DNA of 57,337 bases from Patescibacteria group bacterium (GCA_041666325.1 JBAYHC010000001.1:1-57337); one strand, 5' to 3'; positions 1 to 11,081 are shown, counted from the first letter of the stretch. The notes: generated by a model from the sequence alone, not told the origin. Numbers and translations are program-made.

Positions 1-1148
1 CCCCTTCTGACAGAGCAGAGTGAATCAAAAACTGTCTGATCAAAATCGAGATTAGAAAAGTCCTGGCTATAATAGCCAACGCAGACATCCTTTGAAATTT
101 TCGTATCCTGATTTTGGCCAGAGACCAGCGAGCGCAAAAATGTGCTTTTGCCCACACCGTTCGGTCCGGTGACCAAGAAATGCATCCGCTTGTGCATGGT
201 CTTGTCGACCTTCTTGGTGCGGGGTGAGTGATCACGAAAAGCGGTCAGAGCGTTAATCTGGACTAGGTCGCCGCCAATCCCCTCTTGCACCGGTATATGA
301 AAATTGCGGATAGTTCGGTCGTCTTGTCTGACATCAACAACGCTTTCCTCAAGCTCTTCAGCTTCATCTTTCAGCTTCTGTGCTAGTCGGCGCATCTTGC
401 CGCCCTTGTTGGAGAAGAAGTTCACCTTCTCTTTGCGGTCGATAATCGAGCGCTTGAGTTGGGCGTTCTTCCTTATCTCGCTTTCGACCTGCTTCTTGAT
501 CTCCTCGACGACTGAGTAATAGTCGCCGACATAATATTCGATTTTGTGGGTAAAAACATTGAGATAAATAACGCCATCGGTAAAACAGTTCAAGAAGTCG
601 GCATCATGAGAGATGACGATAACTGTTTTGTCGTAGCGGATCAAGAAATCAATCAAATGTTCGATGCCGGCTTGATCAAGATTGTTGGTTGGCTCGTCAA
701 GCAGAAGGATGTCCGAGTTCTGGATCAGGGCGAATGCCAGCAAAAGCCGGGCTTGCTGTCCGCCAGAGAGGTCCCCAACTAGCTTATCAGTTGGGACATC
801 TAGATTAACCGCTGTCATAACCTTGTGGATTTTGCTAACCAGGTCATTGGACGGAACACTGAATGCCTTGGCGAAATACTCTACTACGGTCAGCGCGAGC
901 TCGTCGCGGGCGATAACCTGTCGGGCGGTGGCGATAGTAATATCTTTGCCGATGTTGATTTGTCCAGATTTCGGTTTGAGCTCACCGGTAATCATGTTAA
1001 ACAATGTGCTCTTGCCAGCGCCGTTTTGGCCCATCAGGGTGATCTTTGAGCCTCTGTGGACGCTAAAACTGGCTTCATCCAAAAGAGGCTTGTCGTAGTG
1101 ATATTCAAATGTGACTTCGTCAAATCGTAGTATTACTTCGTCATTCAT
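1..1148 (-). CDS. ABC-F family ATPase (tandem ABC cassettes with linker); C-terminus runs off the left edge
   Basis: Own reverse-strand translation from ATG at 1148: MNDEVILRFDEVTFEY. Walker A GQNGAGKST, signature LSGGQQARL, Walker B ILLLDEPTNNLD, charged linker, second Walker A GPNGVGKST. No TM domain. Absent from the ORF track because no stop lies inside the window. Confidence 0.9.
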   Translation of the reverse strand, partial: MNDEVILRFDEVTFEYHYDKPLLDEASFSVHRGSKITLMGQNGAGKSTLFNMITGELKPKSGQINIGKDITIATARQVIARDELALTVVEYFAKAFSVPSNDLVSKIHKVMTAVNLDVPTDKLVGDLSGGQQARLLLAFALIQNSDILLLDEPTNNLDQAGIEHLIDFLIRYDKTVIVISHDADFLNCFTDGVIYLNVFTHKIEYYVGDYYSVVEEIKKQVESEIRKNAQLKRSIIDRKEKVNFFSNKGGKMRRLAQKLKDEAEELEESVVDVRQDDRTIRNFHIPVQEGIGGDLVQINALTAFRDHSPRTKKVDKTMHKRMHFLVTGPNGVGKSTFLRSLVSGQNQDTKISKDVCVGYYSQDFSNLDFDQTVFDSLCSVRR

Positions 1149-1163
1149 ACAGCTCTCACAAAA

Positions 1164-1185
1164 GAAAAAAGGCGCGAATCACGCC
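1164..1185 (-). terminator. Possible weak intrinsic terminator after the 163-aa kinase gene
   Basis: On the minus strand, ggcgtgattcgcgcc (short GC stem) followed by tttttt. Confidence 0.35.
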
Positions 1186-1223
1186 ACTAATATTAATATA
1201 ACACATTTTGACCAAAAGTACAG

Positions 1224-1715
1224 CTAAAAGTAATCCTTTATCCATTCATCGATATTATGCCTTAGGTCGAAGACGATGACGTTTTCGCCTTTGCCGGGTG
1301 GGTCAAATCGCTTGGCCGAGCGTTTGAAGCGCTGATTACTGATGTCATGCCTCTCAGGCACAATTTTATTTTTTTTGTGTCTTTCCTGGCGGACTTTTTC
1401 GGGGATATTTACGTAGACGATTCTGCTTTCGGCTCCGACCTTCTCTGCCAAGGCTTGCAATCCTTCTCTGATCTCCAGTGTATCGCCAAGGTCATCATAG
1501 ATAACTGACTTGCCATCATTAAACAAGGCCAAAATCTGCTTGTGGGCAATGGCCGTCACTTGGTTCCAGTCAAGCCATTTGTGGAGTTCCTTATTCTTTT
1601 CCTCCCAGATATCATCATATGAAACACGCACAAAACCAGTCGTCTCCGCAAGCCGTTTGGAGAGATATGTTTTGCCAGAAAACGGCAATCCGGACATAAT
1701 TACTAGAGTTGGCAT
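1224..1715 (-). CDS. Small P-loop kinase-like ATPase (AAA_33/zeta-like fold guess)
   Basis: 163-aa ORF. Walker A GLPFSGKT near the N-terminus. Size typical of small nucleotide/sugar kinases. Confidence 0.7.
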   Translation of the reverse strand: MPTLVIMSGLPFSGKTYLSKRLAETTGFVRVSYDDIWEEKNKELHKWLDWNQVTAIAHKQILALFNDGKSVIYDDLGDTLEIREGLQALAEKVGAESRIVYVNIPEKVRQERHKKNKIVPERHDISNQRFKRSAKRFDPPGKGENVIVFDLRHNIDEWIKDYF

Positions 1716-1773
1716 TTGTAGTTCTTGGCGGCCAATACCACTATCACAAGGTTTTAGCTGTTAGCGGCACGGC

Positions 1774-2172
1774 CTACTCTCCTGTTTTCTCGCCGTGCTC
1801 GGCTGCTTCGGCTGCCTCAGCTTCAGCCTTGGTCACATGGATCGTGCCTTCGGGGTGGTTGGCGGGAGAATAGATGGTATAGAGCTTGAGCGGTCCATCT
1901 CCGGTGTTAACGATGTTGTGTTCTGTGCCGGCGGGTATCACGACAGCCCAGTCGGACTCAATCCCTGTCTCTTCGCCGTCCAGGATCGCCTTGCCCTTGC
2001 CGTCCTCAATCCGGATAAACTGATCTACCTTATCATGGACTTCCATGCCGATATCTTCGCCGACCTTGAGGCTCATGACCACCAATTGGCTGTTTGGTCC
2101 GGTGAAGAGAACCTTGCGAAAGTTATCGTTCATGTCTGTTTCTTCCTCGATGTTTGCGATGTATCCTACCAT
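1774..2172 (-). CDS. Cupin-domain protein
   Basis: 132-aa ORF with a cupin-like beta-barrel motif: GMEVHDKVDQFIRIEDGKG ... VIPAGTEHNIVNTGDGPLKLYTIYSP. Confidence 0.7.
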   Translation of the reverse strand: MVGYIANIEEETDMNDNFRKVLFTGPNSQLVVMSLKVGEDIGMEVHDKVDQFIRIEDGKGKAILDGEETGIESDWAVVIPAGTEHNIVNTGDGPLKLYTIYSPANHPEGTIHVTKAEAEAAEAAEHGEKTGE

Positions 2173-2368
2173 AATGCTCCTTTTGTGTAATCTGCTAATT
2201 ATAATCTGATTATACCAGATGTCTCTTGCTTGGGGCTAACAATATTACCGATTCCAATCTTTTTCATCTCATTTTCCCTCTCGTAAATGTTGACAGATAG
2301 CCTGATACAATCTAACATAACGTACATCTGACTGTCTAACCACTGAGACAGTGAACGGAGGACAGACG

Positions 2369-3139
2369 ATGAAGTGGCCAAGCAAAATCATTCTCGTTAG
2401 GCACGGCCAATCCGGCTACAACATTCTACGAGAGAAGAAGCTCGCAGATCCTGCATATCGCCGATTTGTCGCCGGTTTCGACAAGAATCCCACGGGTCTG
2501 ATCACGCGTTATCGTGCGTGGCGCATTTGGCACAAATACAGTCTTGGTTATGGCGATTGCGATACGCCTCTGACAGAGGCCGGGGCGGCTCAACCTGTCG
2601 TTGTCGGGCAGGCGCTCTCGACGGAAATTGAGCTTCCCGAAACCATCTTCGTTTCTCCGTATGATCGCACGCACCAAACTCTTGCTGGCCTAATCGAGGG
2701 TTGGCCCGAGCTTGGTGGTGTCCGGGTTGTTGAGGAGCCGCGCCTAAGAGAGCAAGAGCACGGGTTAGCGCTCGTCTACAACGATTGGCGGGTTTTTCAC
2801 GCGCTAAACCCATCTCAGCGTATTCTCTTCGGCCTCGAAGGACCGTATTGGTATCGATATCCGCAAGGTGAAAATATTCCAGACGTGATCGAGCGTATGC
2901 GCTCACTGGTTGGGACCATGGTTCGGGACTACAGCGAGAAGAGAATTCTGTTTGTGACACACCATGTCGGCATCCTGGCCTTCTTTGCCACAATCTTTCG
3001 CTGGAGCGACAAAGAGTTCATCGAGTGGGACAACAATCGTAAGCCGATAAATTGCGGGGTAACCATCTTCCGCGGTAACCCTGATGTCGGAAGGGACGGC
3101 AAGCTTGAGCTTGTCGAGTACAACAAGAAACTATACTAA
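2369..3139 (+). CDS. Histidine phosphatase (phosphoglycerate mutase-like) family protein
   Basis: ILVRHGQSGYN (RHG catalytic motif) and a later HH motif (VTHHVGI). ATG at 2369 is preceded by GGAGGA; the track's 2351 start is an upstream GTG. Confidence 0.8.
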   Translation: MKWPSKIILVRHGQSGYNILREKKLADPAYRRFVAGFDKNPTGLITRYRAWRIWHKYSLGYGDCDTPLTEAGAAQPVVVGQALSTEIELPETIFVSPYDRTHQTLAGLIEGWPELGGVRVVEEPRLREQEHGLALVYNDWRVFHALNPSQRILFGLEGPYWYRYPQGENIPDVIERMRSLVGTMVRDYSEKRILFVTHHVGILAFFATIFRWSDKEFIEWDNNRKPINCGVTIFRGNPDVGRDGKLELVEYNKKLY

Positions 3140-3168
3140 GCCATTGCGCCAGCAATTTCTCCCATCCC

Positions 3169-3197
3169 GCCCGATCTGTAACCAGACGGGCCTTTTT
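3169..3197 (+). terminator. Intrinsic terminator after the phosphatase gene
   Basis: gcccgatct/agacgggc stem (one bulge) followed by cttttt. Confidence 0.5.
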
Positions 3198-3277
3198 AGT
3201 TGGACAGGCAAAAAATTTAAACCCTTGCCTGCCAGAGAACCGTCCCCTTAAGTCTGTAATATCCCCCCACAAGTGGT

Positions 3278-3748
3278 CTATTCGTACTTAATTCGTTCAA
3301 TAAGCTTGATTTTGTCTGCTGTTAAATATTTGGTCTTTGGAAATTGACATCTTCGCAAGATAATTGCTGCTTCTTCTCTTTTCGTGATTAAATTCATATC
3401 ACCTGTTGACCAACTGTCATTTATGGCGCGGTAATGTCGGTCGTTCATAAAAACATAGAGCGTAATGAGCACGGAATTAATATCTGAAATAAGTACATTA
3501 ATTTGCAACTTTTCTCTTTTATCAATTTTGTTAAAAATTTCCTGGCTATTTGTCCCGTACTTAATCAGCAGCTCATCGATGTAGTTCTCAAGCTCGTAAA
3601 ATTTCTTAAAGAAAGAAATGATCTCTTGATTCGACAGACCACTGCGAGACAGTTCCTTATTAGCTCCAAGCGTCAATCTTATTCCAATCACAACTCCTGC
3701 CAATGAGCCTATGATTGTTAGCAATGAAGTAGTGAATGTGGTATTCAT
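3278..3748 (-). CDS. Hypothetical protein with N-terminal TM helix
   Basis: 156-aa ORF. Hydrophobic N-terminus LLTIIGSLAGVVIGI. AT-rich. 29 nt downstream of the preceding ORF. No recognisable motif. Confidence 0.55.
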   Translation of the reverse strand: MNTTFTTSLLTIIGSLAGVVIGIRLTLGANKELSRSGLSNQEIISFFKKFYELENYIDELLIKYGTNSQEIFNKIDKREKLQINVLISDINSVLITLYVFMNDRHYRAINDSWSTGDMNLITKREEAAIILRRCQFPKTKYLTADKIKLIERIKYE

Positions 3749-3777
3749 TAGAGCATCCCATTAATAATGCATACTCG

Positions 3778-4167
3778 TTATTCTAGAGCCAGGATCAATT
3801 TCACAGCGGCAATTAGTTGTCTTATCGCAAATCCACGTTCGATTGGGGAGCGTCCCCGAGTTCCCTTTTCGCTGATTGCACGCATGGTAGATCTTGGAAT
3901 AACATGGATCTGATCCAGCGAGGCTGATTGGCACTCAATGCCCAAGCTCCGAATAAATTCTAGCATCCTTTCATTGGTGCGACTAAAGAATAGCTGAAGA
4001 AACCCAGGCTTCTCCTTCTCGGTGCTGGCGATCAGCTCCCGAAGTTGTTCCGGGAAATCGCTAAAATCTTGTCTCTCCCGATGCTCGCGCAAGGCGCTTT
4101 GAAAACCTTTCCTCTCCCCATCTGACAAAGTTTTATAAATGTTTGGATCAGCATAGATCTCAGGCAT
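3778..4167 (-). CDS. Hypothetical protein
   Basis: 129-aa ORF with a GAGAGGA ribosome-binding site before the ATG. 71 nt downstream of hsdR. No recognisable motif. Confidence 0.55.
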   Translation of the reverse strand: MPEIYADPNIYKTLSDGERKGFQSALREHRERQDFSDFPEQLRELIASTEKEKPGFLQLFFSRTNERMLEFIRSLGIECQSASLDQIHVIPRSTMRAISEKGTRGRSPIERGFAIRQLIAAVKLILALE

Positions 4168-4238
4168 TTATCCTCTCGATCATTAATTATTGTTATTGGG
4201 GACGCTTGTCCCCGATTACCCCCGATTACCACGTTTAT

Positions 4239-7200
4239 TTATTCCCCCCAATCTTTACAAACGGTTTCTGCTTGAAGCAAAACCAGTTGCGTGGCGCCCT
4301 CTTGCTGGTCTGGCGGGTAGTTGTATTTCTTTAGCAGCTTCTTGATGTAAATTCTGATCTTCGCCCTAACATTTTCTCGGAATGCCCAATCGATGGTTGT
4401 GTTATCACGGAGCATCTGAACTAATTCCTTGGCGATTAATTTTAATATTTCATCGCCCAATTCAGTAATTGCCGACTCGTTCTCGGCGAGTGCATCATAG
4501 AAGGCAACTTCATCATCGGTCAGCCCTAAATCTTTACCTTTCTGTGTTTCTTCACGAATCTGCTTTGCCAAATCAATCAATTCGGTAATCACCTGAGCCG
4601 CCTCGATTGTCCTGTTTTGATATTTGCGAATTGTTGATTCAAGGAGTTCTGCGAAAGACCGAGACTTAACCATGTTTTTGCGCGAAAAAGACTTTATTTC
4701 ATCATTTAATAGCTTTTTTAATGCCTCTAACGCCAAATTTTTGTGTTCCATTCCCCGCACTTCCTCCAAGAACTCGTCGGAGAGAATTGCCACATTCGGT
4801 TTATCCAGACCGGCAGCTGTAAATACATCAACTACCTCATTGGAAGAAACCGCACTGGACACGATTTGTTTAATAGCGTAATCGTAATCTTCCTTTGTCG
4901 GCCCGGAAACAATCGTAAGTTTTACTATACTCGCCTTAACCGCCTGGAAAAAACCCACCTCATCCCGGATCTCCAAGGCTTTGTCATGCGGAACAGCCAA
5001 AGAAAAAGCTTGGGATAATTCAACAACCGCTTGAAGGTACCGCTTCTTGCCATCGTCGAGCCCTAGGATAAAATCAGCGGCTTGTCGAATAATGCCCGGC
5101 TTTTGGCCAGCCGTGGTAGTAAAAAACTTATCGTAATTAAAACCGTGATACATCGCTCGCACAATCTCATTTTTCTCAAGCATCACAGAGACAGCTTCCT
5201 CCTGCGGTATGGCCGTTTCTTCCTGGTCATTCTTGGTATAATTCGCCAACGCTTCTTTCAATTCCTGCGCTATGCCAAGGTAATCAACAATCAAACCGCC
5301 TTGCTTGTCTTTGTAAACTCGATTAACCCGGGCAATTGCCTGCATCAAGCCATGTCCCTTCATCGGTTTGTCAAAATACATTGTGTGGAGACTGGGCACG
5401 TCGAATCCGGTTAGCCACATATCGCGCACAATTACCAGCCTTAACCCATCAGCTGGATCCTTCATTCGGTCGGCCAATTTCCCCAACGCATCTTTGTTGT
5501 GTATGTGTGGCTGATAATTTTGCGGATCAGCAGCACTGCCAGTCATAACAACTTTAATTATTCCTTTGCCATCGGCAGAATCGTGCCAATCAGGCCGCAA
5601 TCTAACAATCTCGTCATACAATTCAACGGCAATCCTGCGGCTCATCGCCACAATCATTCCCTTGCCTTCAATCGCCGACAAACGATTTTCAAAGTGCTCA
5701 ACAATATCTTTAGCTACTAGCCTAATCCGTTTTTCACTCCCAACCATCGCTTCCAGCCGTGCCCACTTGTTCTTGAGCTTTTCCTTGAATTCAAATTCTT
5801 CGCCCTCGGTAATATCCTCAAATTCCGGATCGATTTTGGGTCGTTCCGATTCCAAGAGTTCAATTTTGGCCAAACGCGCCTCGTAATAGATCGGCACGGT
5901 GGCATGGTCATCGATAGCTTGAGCGATATCGTAGATATCAACATATTCACCAAATACCTGGCGTGTGTTTTTGTCCGTTAATTCGATCGGCGTGCCGGTA
6001 AAACCAATAAAGGTAGCATTGGGCAAAGCGTCGTGCATGCTTCGAGCAAATCCATCAATGAAATCATACTGGCTGCGATGAGCTTCATCCGCGATCACCA
6101 CAATATTGCGCCGCTCCGAAAGTAACTGCTTTTCAAATAAACCTTTTTCGCAAAACTTTTGAATCGTTGTGAAGACAACTCCACCGGCAGTAACTTTTAA
6201 TAATTCGCGAAGATTCCGGCGATTGCTTGCCTGCTTGGGAGTTTGGCGCAATAAATCGGAAACGCCACAAAAAGTGGTGAAAAGCTGATGGTCGAGATCA
6301 TTCCGATCGGTTAGCACCACAATCGTCGGGTTGTCCAACGCCTCGATCAGTTTTCCGGCGTAAAAAGCCATCGTCAGACTCTTACCAGAGCCCTGGGTAT
6401 GCCAAACCACTCCGCCACGCCGGTCACCATCAAGTGCCGTTGCCTTTATCGTCCGTTCAATCGCTTTATTTGTGGCATGGTACTGGTGATAAGCTGCCAC
6501 TTTTTTAACAATATTGTCCTTTGATTCTTCAAAAACAACGAAATGGGTGATTAGATCCAGCAACCGTGATTTATCAAACGCCCCGCGAATTAGCACCTCG
6601 AGTTGTGGAATTAGATCCGATGCCTTTTCGTCGCCATCAATAGTTCGCCAACGCATAAAACGATCAAGATCGGAGGTAATTGTCCCAACCCGGGCATCAT
6701 GGCCATCAGAAATAACCTCCAGTTCGCTATAGACAAAAAGCGAGGGAATATCGTTTTTATAAGTTTGAATCTGATTGAATGCATCCTTAACCCCGACTTT
6801 TTCATCGGCCAAGTTCTTGAGCTCAAAAATCGCGACGGGCAAACCATTAATAAATATCATCAAGTCAGGTCGGCGATTAGCGTTTTCAATGACTGTAAAC
6901 TGATTCAGCACCAACCAATCGTTGTTCTCTAAATTTTTCCGATCAACCAGCCAAACTTTATCCCCGGCAATCGAACCGTCCGCCCGGCGATATTCAACAT
7001 CGACACCATTAACCAAATACTGATGGAAAAGCTTATTGTTCGAAGTAATCCGAGAACTTTCATGCGTCACATTCAAAATTTTCTTCGCCGCTTCTTCCTG
7101 TGCCTCAAAGGGAATAGCGGGATTGATTTTGGCTATCGCCGCCCGCAACCGCCCAACCAAAACTACATCAGAGAAGTTCTCCCTTTCCGGCTTTTCGCTC

Positions 7201-7295
7201 CCCGGCTCAATATCCGGCCCAAAAGCATAGCCATACCCCAGCCCTTGAAACCACTCAATCGCCGCCTGTTCTAAATCTGATTCGGTGTATTTCAT
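4239..7295 (-). CDS. hsdR: Type I restriction enzyme R subunit
   Basis: 1018 aa. N-terminal PD-(D/E)xK-like [19 protein letters not shown]2 helicase motifs [10 protein letters not shown] and ADEAHRSQ. Sits in an operon with hsdM/hsdS. Confidence 0.95.
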   Translation of the reverse strand: MKYTESDLEQAAIEWFQGLGYGYAFGPDIEPGSEKPERENFSDVVLVGRLRAAIAKINPAIPFEAQEEAAKKILNVTHESSRITSNNKLFHQYLVNGVDVEYRRADGSIAGDKVWLVDRKNLENNDWLVLNQFTVIENANRRPDLMIFINGLPVAIFELKNLADEKVGVKDAFNQIQTYKNDIPSLFVYSELEVISDGHDARVGTITSDLDRFMRWRTIDGDEKASDLIPQLEVLIRGAFDKSRLLDLITHFVVFEESKDNIVKKVAAYHQYHATNKAIERTIKATALDGDRRGGVVWHTQGSGKSLTMAFYAGKLIEALDNPTIVVLTDRNDLDHQLFTTFCGVSDLLRQTPKQASNRRNLRELLKVTAGGVVFTTIQKFCEKGLFEKQLLSERRNIVVIADEAHRSQYDFIDGFARSMHDALPNATFIGFTGTPIELTDKNTRQVFGEYVDIYDIAQAIDDHATVPIYYEARLAKIELLESERPKIDPEFEDITEGEEFEFKEKLKNKWARLEAMVGSEKRIRLVAKDIVEHFENRLSAIEGKGMIVAMSRRIAVELYDEIVRLRPDWHDSADGKGIIKVVMTGSAADPQNYQPHIHNKDALGKLADRMKDPADGLRLVIVRDMWLTGFDVPSLHTMYFDKPMKGHGLMQAIARVNRVYKDKQGGLIVDYLGIAQELKEALANYTKNDQEETAIPQEEAVSVMLEKNEIVRAMYHGFNYDKFFTTTAGQKPGIIRQAADFILGLDDGKKRYLQAVVELSQAFSLAVPHDKALEIRDEVGFFQAVKASIVKLTIVSGPTKEDYDYAIKQIVSSAVSSNEVVDVFTAAGLDKPNVAILSDEFLEEVRGMEHKNLALEALKKLLNDEIKSFSRKNMVKSRSFAELLESTIRKYQNRTIEAAQVITELIDLAKQIREETQKGKDLGLTDDEVAFYDALAENESAITELGDEILKLIAKELVQMLRDNTTIDWAFRENVRAKIRIYIKKLLKKYNYPPDQQEGATQLVLLQAETVCKDWGE

Positions 7296-7985
7296 TTATT
7301 TTAACCTATCAATAATTAGTGGAATGGCCACGAGCGTAGCGATCGCTATGAATATTTTCCAAATATCTAGCCTAATACTTCGGCCAAACTGAATTTCGCC
7401 CTCAAGAATTAATTTCGGGTAAATTCTTGCCGGCCACGAAGCAAGAACCAACCAAAGGGCGGACGGAATGAAGTATACATACAAGGGGGTGTTCGCTCCA
7501 TGCAAAATCACTATTTTGAAAAACAAAAACACAAAAACAATTGAAATAAAGTGGATTACAAACAAGGCTGGGTAAGAATGGAAGAACCAGTTCCAATTAC
7601 CTTTGCCCAAAAGCTGAAGAAGCCGATCTTTGTAGTATGCGTAGTCTTTTCTGTCAGAAGTCTCAATTTTTAAGCTTATTGAGTCCTGAATAAATCTGTC
7701 AAAACTAAGGCGCAAACTCGTTGCGCTGCCGTAGTAAACAAGTGTTAAAGTTTTTAAATTTGGAATATTGCATTCTCTGAATTTATTTAAGAAGTCACTT
7801 TTATTATCTTCTGTACATTCATAGCCGTTTTTTAACGAAAAGCTAAAGTCAGGCTCTCGATGGTATGATTTACTAGCTTGGTTTTCCTCTTTTGCAATAC
7901 TCTCAAATACATCTATGATTGATTCTAGCCCCTGCAGCGTTAAGTTTGACGATTTAATGTCATAGGTGAAAGATTCTTTTCTCAT
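7296..7985 (-). CDS. Hypothetical polytopic membrane protein embedded in the R-M operon
   Basis: 229 aa: a soluble N-terminal half, then about 3 hydrophobic helices (ALFVIHFISIVFVFLFF, YVYFIPSALWLVLASW, IFIAIATLVAIPLII). Its stop TAA abuts the hsdR ATG. Its start overlaps the upstream stop (ATGA). Confidence 0.7.
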   Translation of the reverse strand: MRKESFTYDIKSSNLTLQGLESIIDVFESIAKEENQASKSYHREPDFSFSLKNGYECTEDNKSDFLNKFRECNIPNLKTLTLVYYGSATSLRLSFDRFIQDSISLKIETSDRKDYAYYKDRLLQLLGKGNWNWFFHSYPALFVIHFISIVFVFLFFKIVILHGANTPLYVYFIPSALWLVLASWPARIYPKLILEGEIQFGRSIRLDIWKIFIAIATLVAIPLIIDRLK

Positions 7986-8752
7986 TTTAACCCCAACTCC
8001 CCACCCAACAATCTTTTTGTAAAAGAATTATTGTTCTGTCTTTTTTCTGTAATCTTTATTTGTCGAAGCATTTCCTTCTCGTCCTCCGACCAAAAATCGT
8101 AGAAACCTAAGGTAAAAACTTTAGTGATTGCCTTAACGTTGTCGCCACTTATCCGTAGCTCGAACTCATACTTTCCTGGTTTGACAATATTTGGTCTCTC
8201 GCCTCTAGCGACCATGTTTGGTTCGACAATTGTGTCGAGTTTCAATAGACATCCGCCCTTGCCCTCTTGGACAAAATGACCAAAGTCACAATGGCGGAAT
8301 AGAGCACTCGGGATTCTGGTCAGATGAGTTGATGGTTGGAAATGGCTCCATTTCAGATTCATGGGTAAAAAATGCCCTACTGGAACAACAGATCCATTCT
8401 TCTTTACTGCATTAAATTTGCTAACCATCACTTCGACATTTTCTCCTGGCCTGTTATTGATATTCTCGACCAAGATGCGAATATAAATTGCGTTGCCAAT
8501 CGGCAAAGTCATGATCTGGTTATCCCGCACAAATTGACCGGTTAGCATAATCTGATGGCAGTCAGGAGGGGTCAAATTTATTTTCATATCAAGCAAAGAC
8601 TGGTTAAGCCAATCCTTGATTTTCTCTTGAAAAAGTGCCACCACCACCGCCAAAAGGGTTATGGCCGCTAAAATTACTTGAATCCAGAACCCTTTTTCGT
8701 CTGTAAGTACGGGGATAATGTTTGGAGCAGAGGTTATTGTCATGCTTGTCAT
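7982..8752 (-). CDS. Hypothetical single-pass membrane protein embedded in the R-M operon
   Basis: 256 aa. N-terminal TM FWIQVILAAITLLAVVVALF, then a beta-rich-looking domain. ATGA overlaps at both ends (with hsdS and the 229-aa gene). Confidence 0.7.
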   Translation of the reverse strand: MTSMTITSAPNIIPVLTDEKGFWIQVILAAITLLAVVVALFQEKIKDWLNQSLLDMKINLTPPDCHQIMLTGQFVRDNQIMTLPIGNAIYIRILVENINNRPGENVEVMVSKFNAVKKNGSVVPVGHFLPMNLKWSHFQPSTHLTRIPSALFRHCDFGHFVQEGKGGCLLKLDTIVEPNMVARGERPNIVKPGKYEFELRISGDNVKAITKVFTLGFYDFWSEDEKEMLRQIKITEKRQNNNSFTKRLLGGELGLK

Positions 8753-10005
8753 ATAATCCTCAACTTTCCGCTCATTAGGTGAGGCAAAAAAGAATCACGG
8801 ATTTGGGACAAGGTTTCTATTTGATTCATGTTATCAACCAGTTTTTGCATGATTGGATTTGCGATTGTGCCAAACTCTTCCAATGCATCATCGCTCGGTA
8901 ACTCCAAATCAACGCTTGCTGTTTCAATAGGACTTAAATTCTGTTGAGCTGTTCCTTTTGAAATGGCGATCAAAAAATCCTGAAACTCTTTTTGACGAAA
9001 TAGAAAGTACGCAAAAGCATAATCTCTCTTATCGTATGGGACAAGTTTTGCCACCCGTTGGTTTAATAGATAATCGTCTCTGCCGTAAACTAAACAAGTT
9101 CTGCCGACATTACCAGTCAAAGACAAAATAATATCTCCACTTTGCAGGATATCGGATAACGGCATTTTGGAGGGTGGGTTTTTGATTCTATTTGTACATT
9201 TTGTAACAAAGTTTCCGTCTTGAACATTTTTTATCGTCACCAAACCAAACTTTCCATTGTCTCCAAAATTTTCACTTGAAAATGAAAAACCAGAAAGGAT
9301 TTTGATAAAATTTCCAAGCTTCACCGATCGCCAATCATCTTTGTTTTCGAAATCAATGAACCACTCTTTAAAAATCGCCTGGCCGAGGGATTCTAGGGTT
9401 TTGTTCATTTTCCGATTGAGCTCAATCTTATCATCCAGCGCCCCCAAAACCTCCGCAATTTTTCGTTGCTCGGCGAGTGGCGGAAAAAGTATTAAAGATT
9501 CTCTGATCGATTCAGTCGTCAAGTTCACCTGGACTCCACTTCTCGCCGTTTTTCTCAACCGCTCAATATATTCGTTTGTGTTAATGTAGAAATACAAAAA
9601 CAATGGATCGATGTTATTGTTAGGAGTAATTTTACCTACGCGTTGGTTAACTAGAAACTTTTCGCCTCGTATTCTAGCCGAATGACCAAGCAAGTTCATT
9701 GACGCTTTCATGTCTGTCATGCACATTAAAATATCGTGTGGCTTTGCAATAAACCTGTCGAGTAAGTGAGCCTTTTCTTTTGGGAAGCAATCTTCCTTTC
9801 CAGTAATCTTTAACCCACCGCCAATCCCAATGTTTCCCATTTTGAAAACAGGCAGAGCGTCGTTCGATTTGCCAACAAAATCTTTACTGATAAACGAGTA
9901 GCCATTACAAAAATTAGCTACTTCTTCAAGCTTTTTAATTTCCCAATTCTCCGGAATCAGGCCGAGTTCGGTTTCTTTGAACTTTTTTGTTAATAATGTT
10001 TTCAT
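8749..10005 (-). CDS. hsdS: Type I restriction enzyme S (specificity) subunit
   Basis: 418 aa with two target-recognition halves separated by conserved helices (PPLAEQRKIAEVLGALDDKIELN and C-terminal LQKLVDNMNQIETLSQIRDSFLPHLMSGKL). Confidence 0.9.
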   Translation of the reverse strand: MKTLLTKKFKETELGLIPENWEIKKLEEVANFCNGYSFISKDFVGKSNDALPVFKMGNIGIGGGLKITGKEDCFPKEKAHLLDRFIAKPHDILMCMTDMKASMNLLGHSARIRGEKFLVNQRVGKITPNNNIDPLFLYFYINTNEYIERLRKTARSGVQVNLTTESIRESLILFPPLAEQRKIAEVLGALDDKIELNRKMNKTLESLGQAIFKEWFIDFENKDDWRSVKLGNFIKILSGFSFSSENFGDNGKFGLVTIKNVQDGNFVTKCTNRIKNPPSKMPLSDILQSGDIILSLTGNVGRTCLVYGRDDYLLNQRVAKLVPYDKRDYAFAYFLFRQKEFQDFLIAISKGTAQQNLSPIETASVDLELPSDDALEEFGTIANPIMQKLVDNMNQIETLSQIRDSFLPHLMSGKLRII

Positions 10006-11054
10006 TTGGGAAGAATATTTTTTGGTACTGATTGTGTTATTTCATAAATTGGGCCGGTATCACTTTTTGTGTCGTTATAGTTATCGTAACCAGTTGGCAA
10101 GTGCTGAAACATTGCATTTACGCCTTGTTGTATCATTATGGTACGCTCGTCCGACTCGGCGCCAGCACTAATGAAATCATTCAGGGTTTCTGCAACATTT
10201 TTCCTGTGCTTATTGACCGACTCCAGATGAGCGTTAATACGATAATTTTTTGAAGCATAAGAAACCGCATAGGACAACAGCGAGACAAGCGCGAGTTTAA
10301 GTATTCCGTACTGAATATTAAATACTGTGCCGGTTTTTATTCGCCAGCCCCCGATATCGCCCACAAGAAATAAAATTAGGTAGACAACAATGTTGGCTAC
10401 AATAATTCTCATTAACCACTTGAAGTATTTATCTCTGTCAACTTTCCAGCGCTCCTTCTCAGCGGAGTGAATTTTTACTTGAGATTCAAAATATTTTCCA
10501 GTGGTCTTTGCGGCAATCTCGCCCTTTGCTTTGCTTACCTCGTCGCTTTTTGTTTCGAGTTGGGATATTTTACCCTGTAATTCTTCAATTATCTGCTGGT
10601 ACTCCTTTCGTGCCTTTGTCACCTCGGCTTGCATTGCAACTAGCTCTCTTTGCTTGGGATTCTTTTGTAGCGAACGCTGCCTCAAGTGTATTAGAGACGA
10701 TATAATATTTCTGAAAACCTGATTATATAATTCAATAATCATTTGTTCGAAATTATTTTTCTCACCGGTTACATCACTACTCTGTGATGGATCAAACGCT
10801 TTTAGCCAATTTAATCTTTCTAGATACTGGGTTAACAATGAGTCTACAGCTTTTGCTTGTTCATCAGGCAGCACATCTTTATATGAGTGCATAACAAAAT
10901 CCGCAAAGATATCTCTCAGTTCCTCAAGCTTTGGATAAATAGCATCAAACGTTAGCGTTCCAAGCTTGTCCTTATTTAACGCTAATTTTTGAATATCAAT
11001 ATTTTTCAGATTGTCAGGAGAAACTAACTGGTCAAGATCCAGAACGATGCTCAT
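10002..11054 (-). CDS. Hypothetical coiled-coil protein with two C-terminal-half TM helices, inserted between hsdM and hsdS
   Basis: 350 aa. Heptad-like charged stretch (ELVAMQAEVTKARKEYQQIIEELQGKISQLETKSDEVSKAKGE). Two TM helices (LMRIIVANIVVYLILFLVGDIGGW; ILKLALVSLLSYAVSYA). Stop overlaps the hsdS ATG (ATGA). 27 nt after hsdM. Confidence 0.7.
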   Translation of the reverse strand: MSIVLDLDQLVSPDNLKNIDIQKLALNKDKLGTLTFDAIYPKLEELRDIFADFVMHSYKDVLPDEQAKAVDSLLTQYLERLNWLKAFDPSQSSDVTGEKNNFEQMIIELYNQVFRNIISSLIHLRQRSLQKNPKQRELVAMQAEVTKARKEYQQIIEELQGKISQLETKSDEVSKAKGEIAAKTTGKYFESQVKIHSAEKERWKVDRDKYFKWLMRIIVANIVVYLILFLVGDIGGWRIKTGTVFNIQYGILKLALVSLLSYAVSYASKNYRINAHLESVNKHRKNVAETLNDFISAGAESDERTIMIQQGVNAMFQHLPTGYDNYNDTKSDTGPIYEITQSVPKNILPK

Positions 11055-11081
11055 ATTAATACCTCTGAGTTGAAAGGCTTT

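Noticed and set aside
304-1098. Plus-strand ORFs of 71-138 aa in the track
   Set aside because: They lie antisense to a clean ABC-F reading frame with all Walker and signature motifs. Their sequences are low-complexity, Ser/Leu-rich shadows.
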